DNA from: Phyllosticta citribraziliensis
Lineage: Eukaryota
Direction of reading: 5' to 3'
DNA length: 64,000 bases
NCBI RefSeq assembly: GCF_038025025.1
Contig: NW_027117350.1
Span: forward strand, 620,001-684,000
The notes beneath the pieces are model-generated. The model did not search any database and was not told the DNA's origin. It saw nothing but the letters and a program-made list of their open reading frames with translations. Positions 37,392 through 49,126 of this stretch are shown one piece after another; the first letter of the stretch is position 1; the number at the start of each line of letters is the position of its first letter. Made by a program: the position numbers and the translations under genes.

Positions 37392-39503
37392 CTACGCCTT
37401 GGCGACACACTTGCAAGCACCAACGACAATCTTCGCAATAACCTTCAACAGCATCCCCAGCACAAAAACGACAATCTTGAAAGCCGACTCGACGACCCAC
37501 AGAATCAGCTCGGCCACGAACGGCAACTCGTCCCTCTTCTTCCCGCTCACCTCCTGTCCGGCAGTGCCGGCCTCCAAGTCGCCGCCCTGCTTCCGACTGC
37601 CCTTCGCCGCCGCCTTGCTCCTCTCGCCAAACCACCCTTTGACCTTGACTTTGCCCCTTTCCCTGGCTGCCGTCGTAGGCGGGCCTTCGAAGACGAAATT
37701 GCCTTCTGCGTCGACCCACGGCAGCTGTCCTCCACCGACCCCTTGCGTCTCTTTCGAGCTGCTTGCCTCGCTGTTTGTGCGCGAAAGAGTGGCGAATTGG
37801 CCTTCCCGTTTGCTTTCCGCCACGGCCACGGCCAGCACGGCTGATACTGCAGTGTCGATGATGTACTTGTGGGCGTCTGCGCCCTTGCTCGAAGAAACCG
37901 CCGTCAGTGCAGCGGCATCGATCGTCAGCGCATGAGTCGTCAGGTCAAGTCGGACAAAGATTTCATCTGGAGCAGGAGAATGAGGTTGCTGGGACTGGTC
38001 ATTGGCGCGAGACTTTTGCGAAGGCGAAGATACTTCAGGGGCAGCCTCGTACAAGCTGCTGCGAGGCGTTGCAAACGGGTTGAGGAGGCTGATGGTGGTG
38101 TGTATGGGCGGGAGCGGTCGATAGTAGTGAGGGCTGCCGGATCTGCTGCCTTCCATCGGCCCTTCGCCTTCCCATAGGCTCTGGAGCGCTTTCTTGACAT
38201 CTCCTTGGACGACCACAGGCAGAGCGCCGACCTGCGGATGCCTGAGCTCGTAGGTTGCTGATTTGTTCGTCTCGTATGGTTCCATCAGCTTCTCCGAAAT
38301 CGGACAGAAGAAGAGCTGGCAGCCATATTTCGACTCGGATTCCGCGACTGCAGTGGCAGCCAATTGTGCAGCTGCAGGAGATGATGCGGTGGGGTCGACG
38401 AGTGCGATGCTGGATGCTTCGGGGCTGTTTGCAGCCGCTTCCAGAGCAGACAGGGCTGCAAGCTTCGAGTGAATGTTGGTAACATGCACCGCTGACGTGT
38501 CTTGTATGTCGATTTCAGAAGACGTCCGATGAGGTGGAGGCGTATTCAAGTCCAAATGGGCGACGGGAAGTGCTGGTTTTTCGGATTTTGTTGGGTGATG
38601 TCGACTTATGAGGACCTCGTGCTTCGAACGTGGCTGCGGCTCTCCCGTTGAATTGGGTGATTGCTGAAGCATATACAAAGGCTTGACGGGTGAGGTACCA
38701 AAGACCAAATCTCGTGATCCCAGTGCCTTATCCGAATCTTTGTCTGCTGAGCTACCACCGTGAAGCTGAAGGCTGAAGGTTCTCTTTGCTTCTGGGTCCA
38801 GTTTGTTGTTTGCTGCAGTCCATATGTGGATCAGTTCGAAGATGGGGGTGTAATAGGGAGCTTCCGGAGATTCGCTGCGAGTCCATTTGCCATGCGGAAT
38901 GTAAAATTCCGGAGAGTATGGCGATTTGCTAATCTTCTCCTTGGGAATGTGAGTCGGCGATGCCTGGGTCGGTTTGTATGCTTGCTGAGACAGTCGGATA
39001 TTGGGGTTGTACCGAGGAAAGATTGATCTCATGACCGGAGGACTGCTGTTGTTGATGGTCCCGATCAGTGTAGCGCTTTCTGAGAGAGCCGGCGAGCCAG
39101 TTGTCCTCGGATCCACCTTGGAGGACAACGAAGAAGCGCTCTTGGGAGAGAAAGTGCGTGAGGATTGTGTCGCATTGGATTGCGACCGTTTGCGAGAGCT
39201 TGGAGCATTCGTGTCGGCACTTGAGGCGCACGACGTCTCGATCCTTGGCCTTTGTCGACTGCCATCAGATGCAGCTGCTGCCTGGTACGTTTTGGTATCC
39301 GTAGTGTGAGCCTGTCCGGGCAGTTGTATTTGAGCTGTTGGCTCAGGGTTGATTTTGATGATGAGCTCGTGAAGCTCACCAGGAGCCTTTGCACGCTCTG
39401 CCAATTCGACGGCTGGCTCTGGACTGGCCGGGCTCTGCGCAACAAAAGACGCAGCCTGTTTTCTTGGTTTCCTCGGCGGAGCTGGAAACAGCTGGAACGA
39501 CAT
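37392..39503 (-). CDS. Hypothetical Pro/Ser-rich protein with C-terminal hydrophobic helix
   Basis: ORF of about 700 aa; the likely start is MSFQLFPAPP at 39503. Contains RSIFPRYNP and a C-terminal membrane-like segment. Confidence 0.75.
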   Translation of the reverse strand: MSFQLFPAPPRKPRKQAASFVAQSPASPEPAVELAERAKAPGELHELIIKINPEPTAQIQLPGQAHTTDTKTYQAAAASDGSRQRPRIETSCASSADTNAPSSRKRSQSNATQSSRTFSPKSASSLSSKVDPRTTGSPALSESATLIGTINNSSPPVMRSIFPRYNPNIRLSQQAYKPTQASPTHIPKEKISKSPYSPEFYIPHGKWTRSESPEAPYYTPIFELIHIWTAANNKLDPEAKRTFSLQLHGGSSADKDSDKALGSRDLVFGTSPVKPLYMLQQSPNSTGEPQPRSKHEVLISRHHPTKSEKPALPVAHLDLNTPPPHRTSSEIDIQDTSAVHVTNIHSKLAALSALEAAANSPEASSIALVDPTASSPAAAQLAATAVAESESKYGCQLFFCPISEKLMEPYETNKSATYELRHPQVGALPVVVQGDVKKALQSLWEGEGPMEGSRSGSPHYYRPLPPIHTTISLLNPFATPRSSLYEAAPEVSSPSQKSRANDQSQQPHSPAPDEIFVRLDLTTHALTIDAAALTAVSSSKGADAHKYIIDTAVSAVLAVAVAESKREGQFATLSRTNSEASSSKETQGVGGGQLPWVDAEGNFVFEGPPTTAARERGKVKVKGWFGERSKAAAKGSRKQGGDLEAGTAGQEVSGKKRDELPFVAELILWVVESAFKIVVFVLGMLLKVIAKIVVGACKCVAKA

Positions 39504-40624
39504 GACGAACGCTGTGAGAACGAACACAGAAGGGAGCGTCAAGTGATTACAATAGGTATTGAAGAATGGCGTTTTCTCACAAGATCCAGCTTGCGATGAG
39601 TGACGATAGAAGTAGAGTTCGCAATTGCAATATCAAAAACACGGCATGGCAGTCGACAAAGAAGGCGAGATAGCGAACTTAGCTTTATGGAGGGAGACCG
39701 CTCAGCGGCCCTCAGGCAATGGCGCCTGTGAAGGTCGTGTTCCTGCAGTTGAATGCAAGATGGACCAATGACCAATTTTCAGTGATGGATGCTGGTTGGC
39801 TGCTGACGTTGTCCCTAAGCGCCGGCTTTGCCCATGCACAATTCGCAACGCGGGACTCGCCAGAAGAAGATGTGATTCAGCCGGGAGAAGGCTCAGTTTC
39901 TGCTATTGGTTACCATGAGATGTGGAGACCAGACGGCCTCGTTCACCGCGTGATAGCTGTCCAGGCTCATGGGTGCCGGCATCGCACTCATTCAGGCTCT
40001 TGGCCGGCTTGGTGGTTGTTAGTCGCGCAGATGCTGACGAGGCAACAGTCTCTGATAGCAAGTCCAATTTTAGACCGACTTATCGTCAAATCCCTAAGGT
40101 GGATGTATCTACGGCTGCGGGACCAACACGAACATGAGCATGCGTTTGTCTCCAAGGCAAGCCGATTTCGCGATTCCATAGCCTGAGGACAGCATCAACC
40201 GAATCCAAAAAGTGATGGATTTATGACCACTTCATCTCTTCTTGTCGGTAGACACGCGTCTCTGAATCGTAGGAAGGGCAGTATCCAAGACTTCGCGTAA
40301 GCCAACGGCAGGGAACGTGAGGCCAAACGGTTTGGAGTACGGATGGTCATACTGGGAGGATCAGACAAAGAAAGAGACCAAAGATGAGGCGACTTCAAGG
40401 TAGGTAGTCTCAATTGGCTAGATGACGATGCGAGGCGATGGGCGTTGATTGGATTCGGAAGAAGGTGGCTCGGTGGGAGGTGTAAGATGGACCGGGCATG
40501 CGGGCTACGACTACGACCTCAAACCAAAAATAGGCAGGGCTTATCGATAGGCCCGCACACACGAAAAAGTTGGCCCATGACGCACGCGGAGACTGCACCA
40601 CACCCACTCATCACCAAAGACATC

Positions 40625-42002
40625 ATGGCCACAGAACTCGAAGAGGTGAGTCTCACATACGTCTGATCGCAAAGCCAAAGCTAATCATGCCCAGCTCGTG
40701 GAGTTTCTCCACCACGGAAACTCCCAGATCCGTCAGATTGGTATACCCACCTCCCAACGCAATGCGCCGGCTCCTCTACAGCTCCATCCTGACTCGATCG
40801 AACACCAGCGGCCGAGAACCTGGTTGGATACACGACCGCCCAGCCGTCTCTCTTCAAGCGAAACCAATTGGAGCCCATAAAAGATCTGAAGCTGCTCATA
40901 AAAGACTACACGGTATGGAAGTCGCTGTGGGGACAGTTGTCGGCGCACGCTGAGAAATCCGACAGGACATAGCCAAAAATGCCATCCTCATGCTCATCAA
41001 CTTGACCGATGACGAAGAGGTCCGCGAGAATCTGGCAAAAGACGATGCCTTCCTCGAGGCACTGCTGCTGCGCATAACCGTATGTCGGTTCACCATGATC
41101 TTTACAGTCGACCCTCCATCTGACGCACACTCCAGAGCTCGAAAGAGCCCCATGCAAACGAGCTTGCCATGCTGCTGGCCAACCTTGGAAAGTCGGACTC
41201 GATAACGCGGATATTGACGTTGGAGCGAGCCGTCCCCAAGGAGCTCTCCACGTCCAAGGTGGCCATGGACCAACTCATGGATTGCTTCGTCAAGGGTGCC
41301 GAGGGCCGCTACAACAAGCACGCCGACTACGACTACCTCTCCTATCTTTTTGCCGACATTGCCAAGGTACGAGCTCCACCGCGATCCAAGAGTACACGTC
41401 AAGTCTAACACCGCCGGCAGCACGCCGAAGGCCGCAAATACCTCACGACGCCGCAGCCGTACGACGCGGAGATCATCCCCATCACAAAGCTCATCGTCTT
41501 CACCGAGCACAAGTCGGCCATCCGGCGGCGCGGCGTGGCGTCCACAATCAAAAACACGTGCTTCGACGTCGAGGCGCACCCGGCGCTCATGGACACAGAC
41601 AAGGTCAACCTTATGCCGTATATCCTGCTGCCACTCATGGGGAGCGAAGAATACAACGACGAAGACATGGACGGCATGCTCGACGAGGTGCAGCTGCTGC
41701 CGCCGGACAAGGCGCGCGACTCGCAGCCCGACATCATGAGCATCCACCTCGACACGTTGCTGCTGCTGACGACCACCAAGGCGGGCCGCGACGAGATGCG
41801 CAAGATCAAGGTGTATCCCATTGTCCGCGAGTGCCACTTGCACGTCGAGGATGAAGAGGTCCGCGAGCGCTGTGATCGCATTGTGCAGATGCTGATGCGC
41901 AAGGAGGAGGGTGAGGAAGAGGACATTCCCGAGGGAGCACCAAAGTCGAGGGTCCAAGAGATAGAGGAGGACGAGGAAGAGCAGGTTACGTCGATTTTGT
42001 AG
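40625..42002 (+). CDS. HGH1: Hgh1 (FAM203/DUF383-DUF384), eEF2 chaperone; multi-exon
   Basis: Spliced MATELEE|LVEFLHHGNSQIRQI|AAENLVGY..., MDCFVKG...YDYLSYLFAD, RRRGVASTIKNTCFD and VYPIVRECH. Confidence 0.92.
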
Positions 42003-42176
42003 AGGCTCGCCGCAGCAAAGACGCAGCCGTCAAAACTTCCCCCATGCTCGATGACGGTTTTGGTACCCGAGTCCTCGGGGACCAAAGGATTTCACATGAG
42101 AACGGGAAAGACTTGGATTTTGGAGAAAGCACTTGTGGTTTCCACAGCTCAATACAGAATATTCCGACAAGAAAAA

Positions 42177-43181
42177 TCATACAAGCCCGAGCCTCTTGGA
42201 ATACTCGGCCATTTCAAAGCTCCAACGTATGCTGCCCGACTCGTTGCAACCTGAACTTCTAATACCACGTGCATCGGCGTTGTGCGATATTATCTTCATG
42301 ACGTCATCGGAAGTAAGCGCCAGCCAATTGCGGTCTCCAGGAGAGGCGCAATTGCCCACCCGATGCCACGTCTCAAACTGTACGCAGTGGACCCCGTCTG
42401 GCAGGTATCCCAGTGTGATTTGATAGTCCATATAGCAGAAATCGCAGCTATCCAGGTTCAACACGCGACTACCCAGCTGCCTTGGCCAGATCCTGGGGCT
42501 GCAGACCTGCTCCTTGATGCGCCGGCACAAATGCTTTACGATTCCGAATTCCGTCGTGCGATGCTTGCAGAGTCGGATGGGTTTCTTGGTCTCCAGCGTG
42601 GCGATGATGTCGGGAAAGTGGCCAGATAATGTGTACTCGCCCTTGAGATAGAGCTGACCTTGGACTACTTTTGCCTTCCACATTTGCCTCATCCTGAATT
42701 GATCCGGCCGCTCCAGACCAGGGGGTGGAGGCGATTCGTATGGCATACTCAAGGCGTCAAGCGGAATTCCATGCTCCTTCCCCCATCTGTGTCGATTCAT
42801 GAGGAGTTGGACGTGGCAGAATTTCAACCAGCGGGTACCGAGCAGAACCATTCCTTGTTTCCTTCCGCACTCCAAATGAGGCTCGTCGACATAGTGGTTT
42901 TTGGGAAACTTGCTGTCCATGCTGCGGCTGAAATGGTGAAAACGGTAGCAGTTGTGGCAGAGCAGTCCGTCTGGGTAGTTTTCTTCTCTGGCCGAAACCC
43001 AGGCCTTTTGGTCCGCTGCCGTCCAAGGTACAGGTTTGATTCTGTTCCAAAGGTTCGAGCACGTCATGCGCAAACGCCTGGAGTCTGCGGGCGAGAGCTC
43101 GTCGTTGATAATCTGGAGAAGCTCTGTGGGAAGTGAACGGATCTGAGTTTGAGGGTCCATGGAAAGAGATTGGGAAAACAT
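42177..43181 (-). CDS. F-box domain protein (start at 43181 or 43160)
   Basis: N-terminal SLPTELLQIINDELSPADSRRLRMTC F-box-like motif followed by Cys/His-rich segments; intronless. Confidence 0.7.
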   Translation of the reverse strand: MFSQSLSMDPQTQIRSLPTELLQIINDELSPADSRRLRMTCSNLWNRIKPVPWTAADQKAWVSAREENYPDGLLCHNCYRFHHFSRSMDSKFPKNHYVDEPHLECGRKQGMVLLGTRWLKFCHVQLLMNRHRWGKEHGIPLDALSMPYESPPPPGLERPDQFRMRQMWKAKVVQGQLYLKGEYTLSGHFPDIIATLETKKPIRLCKHRTTEFGIVKHLCRRIKEQVCSPRIWPRQLGSRVLNLDSCDFCYMDYQITLGYLPDGVHCVQFETWHRVGNCASPGDRNWLALTSDDVMKIISHNADARGIRSSGCNESGSIRWSFEMAEYSKRLGLV

Positions 43182-43850
43182 GCTTGCGAGAGATCTAAAA
43201 GGCTTCACGTTTAGCCCGACCAGTCTTTAAACAGCAAGTGACAACAATGGAGTCAGACGCTGCCGGCGTGCCGTGGTCGTTGCTCAAGAGCGGCGCGGGC
43301 ACAACAAAGGGTCTTTGTTCCATCTCTTCAAACTCGTGGTTGAATTCAGCCTCTAGCATCTGCCGACTGCCGTATGCGTTCAATATTTTCAACCGGCGAG
43401 CCTTGAGTGTGATAGGTTCTGAAGATGCTTCATGTCAGCATGAAATGTCAATCACGGTCATTTGGTGGAGTGTGCGTGAGGAACGTGTGCAAGATGCTGG
43501 TGCGAGAAGCTTCATTCTCACAAGACCAAGAAACGAGCAAGGTTGCAACGGTGATGCTGGCTATAATTGTCAATGATAGAGAATTCATAAAATGCTGAAA
43601 GCGAGTGTCATAATCTGGAAACCATGATAGGAGCTGGTTGGGAGTGAGCAAGGCGCTTGAAGCCGAGTGAGGTGGTGAAGAAGGCTGCGCTTGGGCCATC
43701 TTGACCTCATGCTAGCGGCGCGCGCCTTCCCAGCGGCAATCAGGTCCAGACACCAACAACTCCAACCGACGTCCAGATGCGCCGCACAGCTCTAGCAACA
43801 CGCGCACACCCAGTTTGCATGCCCAATTGCGCCTTCCTTTAACAGGCATT

Positions 43851-45050
43851 ATGGCCTTCACCAGGCGCTCTTCCATCTTTTCAAAAAGCACTGCCATCGT
43901 ACATCTCGCTCCTCTCCGACTTGCCTCGCCGCTTCCGCTCCACTTTCGCCGCTCCCGCCACGACAGCCCCGACGGCCCCGACCAATTCTCTATTTTCGAG
44001 GAAGATCTTCCACAAATCCAGACCCCAGACGAGCCATCACGTCCAGTCTGGGGTTGGCACAATCAGCCGGACCAGCCCAAGTCGCAAGTGGGACATAAGT
44101 CACAAAACAGGCGCAGGCCCCAAGATGGACCCAAGTCAGAAGATGGAGTCCAGGCAAAACCCGGGCGGAGACCACCGCCGCTATCCATTGCTCACGTCAA
44201 GGCTGAGCTTGCCGAGACCGAATGGCAGATAAGCAACAATTTGTGCGCCATAGAGCGTAGATACGTCTTCCGCGACTTTGAGAGGGCATTCAAGTACATG
44301 TGCTTGCTGGGGTCACGATGCAGAAAGAGCACCGGTCATTTTCCCATGTCTTCAAACTGGGGCAACCGACTGTTCATACGATGGACATCGTACAACAACA
44401 CTTGCATTACCAAAAGCGACATACAAATGGCGCGCGTCTGCGATCGCCTCTTCAATGATTCCTTAGCTGCGTCGGACACGGAGCAGCCCAACAACCCTTT
44501 CGACCAGATCCCTGACGACCTAGAATGGAAAGAAGATCGACAAATCTCATTTGGACAGGATTACTTCTACCATGCCAGAGACTCCAGAGACTTGTGGCGG
44601 TGGCTCCCGCAAGTGGAGCTGTATACCCAGAAGACTCAGGAGTATCCTCTATGGGCAATATCACACAACCGGCTCGTCTGGACAAGCGTGCTGTGGGATG
44701 GCAAGACGGGCGCTCTGAAAGGCTTGACCAAGGAGGACAGGCAAAAATGGAGGCCGCGAACGCCGATCGAGAGCGTACGTGAACCCCTGTACTGGCTGTC
44801 CAATGTGGCAGATCAGGTCAGCCAAAATTGGAATCGGGAATCGTGGTTCGAAAAGCGGGAGAATCCAAAGCGACTGCCATTGCGTTACTCCATGGCTAGG
44901 AGCGCTGAAAAGCTGGAGATGGAGAAGAGCAATCAAGAGAAAAGGCCGGAGACGGAGAAGAACAAACAGGACAAAAAGCCGAAAAAGGAGAGACCACAAC
45001 CAAACAAGCCACAAGGACGCGTTAAGAGCTTCCGGATCTTTGTAGATTGA
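43851..45050 (+). CDS. Protein with degenerate pterin-4a-carbinolamine dehydratase (PCD/DCoH)-like domain(s) and a probable mitochondrial presequence
   Basis: Arg/Ser-rich N-terminus. IERRYVFRDFERAFKYM...GHFPMSSNWGNRLFIRWTS...ITKSDIQMARVCD resembles the PCD fold. Confidence 0.65.
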   Translation: MAFTRRSSIFSKSTAIVHLAPLRLASPLPLHFRRSRHDSPDGPDQFSIFEEDLPQIQTPDEPSRPVWGWHNQPDQPKSQVGHKSQNRRRPQDGPKSEDGVQAKPGRRPPPLSIAHVKAELAETEWQISNNLCAIERRYVFRDFERAFKYMCLLGSRCRKSTGHFPMSSNWGNRLFIRWTSYNNTCITKSDIQMARVCDRLFNDSLAASDTEQPNNPFDQIPDDLEWKEDRQISFGQDYFYHARDSRDLWRWLPQVELYTQKTQEYPLWAISHNRLVWTSVLWDGKTGALKGLTKEDRQKWRPRTPIESVREPLYWLSNVADQVSQNWNRESWFEKRENPKRLPLRYSMARSAEKLEMEKSNQEKRPETEKNKQDKKPKKERPQPNKPQGRVKSFRIFVD

Positions 45051-45610
45051 AGGAATTACGCCACTGACGATGCAGGAGTTGGCATCGTCGAGTAGCTGGA
45101 ACTCTGGACAGCAGAGGCACAACGTTCCCACCGGACGCACGTCGAATGGCAGTCTCCAGACGATATCTGCGTACGGACGAAGCTCCGGTCTCTTGAGCAG
45201 CTTCCGTTGACAACCTTTCAGGAGATTCGCTCATGGTGCCCGAACAACACAGCAATCGACCATGAACGTGGAGCAACTCGCAGCAGCCGGCGCATTTCTC
45301 CATCAGCCACAGGCTCACAAAAGAGTCTGGCAATAGAATTGAGAGGGAAAAGGAGGAATGACAAACCCTCAACTATGTCCAGTAGGCCACACCACTCTTG
45401 ATACACCCAAAAAACCGTGCCACGAATGGCAACCAAAAGATTAGCAAAGCACGGGGTATAGCGTATAGAAACCCCCTCGAAGCAATAAAGCAGTTCCAAA
45501 AACCCAATTTCATTACAGTCCAGCCCATATATTCCAGAATATTTCCCGTAAAACGTTGAATCGACATGAAAAGCATAGCGACATGAGCAAAGCGTGAGAA
45601 AGATCGTGAC

Positions 45611-46379
45611 CTATTCGTCATCCAGAATGGAACTGGCCAGCGGGCCAAAGAAGGGAACCTCGCATCTATCCAGCGTCTCGGCTGCATTGCACGCGCATTA
45701 GCTGACCCACACGACACAGCGACACAAGACCAAGAATCGGACACTCACCGTCCCTATACGCTCGGACAGTCAACCACGCCATGACGGCCAAATCGGCGAG
45801 CAGTAGCAAGTACGAGACGAAGGCGGTCCACGAGAAGATGACGTGCAGGACGAAGGCAAAGGAGAAGAGCAGGGCGCTCTGCCAGGCGTGGAAGCGCACG
45901 TAGTCGCTGCGGTGCTCGAGGACGAGCAGCAGCACGGCGCCGGCCGGCGGCAGCAGCACGTACGCCGCACACGCCTCGACGTCCATCCGCCAGCCCAGGC
46001 GCGTCTCGAACAGGTCGACCTCCTCGCGCCCGAAGCGCTGGCCCCACCCGCCGCCGGGGCTGCCCCATCCGCCGCGCTCCACGTCTGCGCTGCCGCGTTG
46101 TTGTGCTTGTTGTTGCTGCTGCTGTGGCTGTGGCTGGTCCGGGTTGTCGAAGTACCCCGTCGTCGTGTTGTTGTAGTGCAACCCGCTGCCGGTCATGGGT
46201 GGTGTGGTGATGCCGGGCGATGTGACGCCATTGGCGGTGCGCGGGCCGGGTTTGGGACGCGTCTGCTGCGACGAGGTGCGCGGAGACGAGAGGGCGGGCG
46301 AGCGGACGCGCAGAGGTGGTGAGAAGGCGCGTGCCGTCTCTGGAGCGGCGTCCTGGTAGGGAGCGAAGTTTGTAGCCAT
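45611..46379 (-). CDS. Small membrane protein, UPF0132/DUF4870 (Tic20-like) family; two exons
   Basis: FAPYQD N-terminus, ETRLGWRMDVEACAAY, EHRSDYVRFHAWQS and three transmembrane segments. An intron joins AYRD|AETLDRCEVPFFGPLASSILDDE*. Confidence 0.85.
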
Positions 46380-46840
46380 GGTTGTGATGTCAAGTCGAGA
46401 TGCCGTGGGTGCCAATGTAGATGCGCAGGACGCCGAAGACGGTGATACGGCTTATCGCGTCGAGATCGCAGACGGTGGCTGCTTGTCGTCACGGTCGTTG
46501 GAGGGCACAGAATGGTCGGAGAGAGGTCGAATGAAAGTGAAACATGAGAGTGGTTTGAGGATGCTACCGGTACATTTACCCTGGTGTCACGGTGCAGGCG
46601 GTGTGGCCGGGGAAAGGGCCAAGGAGCCGGACGGAACGTCCATCGTAGGGCTGAGGCCTGAGCTTCTGGAGCTTGGGCCCCCCACGCTTGTGTGCTCAGA
46701 CGGGGTTGCTATTGCACGCTATCGATTTTGAGATTCTGGCAGAGGCTTCCAATGCCCAGATATCGATGAGGTGTAATGATTTCAGTATGTGATTTCCTAG
46801 CCGATTTTCCAGTCAATGCCATATCCATGACCGGCGGCCG

Positions 46841-49126
46841 TCAAATAGCAATGTCCTCCACTCGCAGCAACCCATCTCCCATTCCAGCCGCAGCCCAGCC
46901 AGCGTACTTGATGTTGGGATTCCAAGCACACTGAGTGACGCCCGTTTCTTGTTCGTAAATGGTATTGTATACGACGCCCTCATACTGGTTAGGCAGTCCC
47001 GCCTCCACCCACAGCTTGTAGACCTCGGCTCGGAATCCCTCCAGCATCCTGCTCAACGGGGCCGGGTGGTTGATGATCTTGTCCGGTCTCGCCTGGTCGA
47101 TCCTTGGTGGTGGCTTTTTGGATTCTTCCCGCGAGTTGGCGGCCCCTGACGCCCCTGTCACGACTCCATTCTCGTCCACGGCGCGTCTCCATTCGTGCAT
47201 GAACCACGTTTGGTGCCACATCTCGGCCTTTGCGATTAGTACCTTGCGCATAATATTGGTCGACAGAGCCATGCCGTCTGCGCATGCGACGAGGACAAAG
47301 GGATGCACCGGGCTTGCCGACAAGTCGAGGATGTTGCTGTTGGCGCGTCCGACGCTCATGTTGACGTGGAAGCGTCGAGCCGAGAGGGCGAGAAGCGTGT
47401 AGTTTTCGTCACATGTCAGGAAGCACTGGGAGACCTCGTGCCATTGGAGAGGAGCACTGCCGGTGCGCGATCGCTGGGAGAAGAGAGTGTCTTGGAGCGG
47501 AGCGCGAAGGTCAATCAGTCGCAAGTAGCCGTCCATGCTGCTGGTGGCGACTAGAAAGGGATGCGAGGGGTAGGCGCTGGCGATGGACAGAATGTAGCTG
47601 CTGTGCACGTTTTGGTAGAACCAAGGGCGAGGTGTGTCCACGACGTCCGAAGAAAGAAGAGATTCCGAAATATCCCAGACGGCCATGCTTCCGTTGGCAC
47701 AGCTGACGGCAATTTGATTACTGGAGAGCCATGTCACTGACGTACAAACAGTATCTGGTGGTCTCGACTCAAACGCCGCTTTGGTGATGTAAATGTACTG
47801 AGTCGATGCCTTCTTGGGGTATTTGACATCCAGCACTCTGACTTTGCCATCGCCCCAAATGCCCGCCAGAAGTCCGAGACAGATTTCGCTCTCGTCTTTA
47901 CAGTCTCTTTTTGGTAGCGGACACCACTTGAGTTGCCTCACAGGGCCCCAATCCATGCAGATAACCAACTCTTTTCTTGGGGGAATGCCCATGTCCATCG
48001 TGAGGCCCTTTCCTGGTTCCACTTTCGACGCGAATCCCCATATCTGGACGGGAGCAGGAGTGGAGGGAAGAGGCACGAATGCAGGCGCGCTGTGAGGTTC
48101 TGTAAATGCAGGAAATTTGGATCGTTGCAATGCTGCTATTGCCAGACGTTGAGTACCATCTAACCACGGGGCCCATTCCAGACATTGAATCTTTTTGCAC
48201 AGGTTCAAAGTCCATGCCTGTCTGCCTGAGCTTTTCTTACTGGAGGTTTTGGCATCCCAAAATTGTGCCATGTTTATTGCGTCGTCTGGTTTCAAAGTGT
48301 GCAGCCTCGGTTTGGCTATAGGGCCAAAGAGCACCTCTCGGTCAGGGCCATCCGTTTGTGGCATGTACTTTGCGGCCTCGCTGGCCGACAGCTGCTTGGA
48401 CTTTTGCTTGAATTTGAATGCAAAGGAACCACCCTTGTCGTGGTACCACTCCCAGCCCTTGGAGGCTTCATGTTGGCGGCATTGGTCGGTGTAGTACCGG
48501 TTATACGCAAAACCGCCTTCGCCCCTCTGCTCTTTGCGCGTGGGCAAAGTCGGGCGGTCATGCCATCTGTCCCGGGCTTCCACCGCCGGCCAGACGTCCT
48601 CCTCAGCCGGGCCAAAGAGGTTCATGAAGCGCGTGTCTTTTCCGGTGTTGTGGTACATTTCAGGAACTCCTCGGGATGATAATTTGCGTTCACTCTCTTC
48701 TGCCTGGTGACCTTTTCCAGTAAACTTGGCAAAGCTTCCAGTTTTGAATGCAGAGTTTTCTGCGCGCTCTAGATAGCCGGGCTTGAAGGGTTTCTTGCCT
48801 TGGTTTTTGCCTTTGCGGCGAGGTGCTCCTGGGGCGGCGCCAACGAGCTCTTCATCGTCACTGAACATCATGACAACGCTGTCATCGTCTTCTTCTTCTG
48901 GAGCCGAGCCATTCGAACTCTCGGCAACAGAAGCGTCGTCATCTTCGTCATCCTCTGCAGCGTCGCCGCCGGCAGCGCCGTCAAACTCACCGTCGGCGTC
49001 TGAATCATTTTCCTCGGGCGGTTCACTGCTGGTCGGATCGTCGTCGTCAAGGTCTAGTCCTTCAAAGGCATCGTTGGTGTAGCGTTTTACTGTGCGGGCC
49101 CTTGTCGATGTACGACGAGAGGCCAT
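46841..49126 (-). CDS. TFC6: RNA polymerase III transcription factor TFIIIC subunit Tfc6/Sfc6 (WD40)
   Basis: Acidic N-terminus, WD-like blades (LKWCP...LGLLAGIWGDGKVRV, TSSMDGYLRL) and the C-terminus AWNPN...GWAAAGMGDGLLRVEDI. Confidence 0.85.
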   Translation of the reverse strand: MASRRTSTRARTVKRYTNDAFEGLDLDDDDPTSSEPPEENDSDADGEFDGAAGGDAAEDDEDDDASVAESSNGSAPEEEDDDSVVMMFSDDEELVGAAPGAPRRKGKNQGKKPFKPGYLERAENSAFKTGSFAKFTGKGHQAEESERKLSSRGVPEMYHNTGKDTRFMNLFGPAEEDVWPAVEARDRWHDRPTLPTRKEQRGEGGFAYNRYYTDQCRQHEASKGWEWYHDKGGSFAFKFKQKSKQLSASEAAKYMPQTDGPDREVLFGPIAKPRLHTLKPDDAINMAQFWDAKTSSKKSSGRQAWTLNLCKKIQCLEWAPWLDGTQRLAIAALQRSKFPAFTEPHSAPAFVPLPSTPAPVQIWGFASKVEPGKGLTMDMGIPPRKELVICMDWGPVRQLKWCPLPKRDCKDESEICLGLLAGIWGDGKVRVLDVKYPKKASTQYIYITKAAFESRPPDTVCTSVTWLSSNQIAVSCANGSMAVWDISESLLSSDVVDTPRPWFYQNVHSSYILSIASAYPSHPFLVATSSMDGYLRLIDLRAPLQDTLFSQRSRTGSAPLQWHEVSQCFLTCDENYTLLALSARRFHVNMSVGRANSNILDLSASPVHPFVLVACADGMALSTNIMRKVLIAKAEMWHQTWFMHEWRRAVDENGVVTGASGAANSREESKKPPPRIDQARPDKIINHPAPLSRMLEGFRAEVYKLWVEAGLPNQYEGVVYNTIYEQETGVTQCAWNPNIKYAGWAAAGMGDGLLRVEDIAI

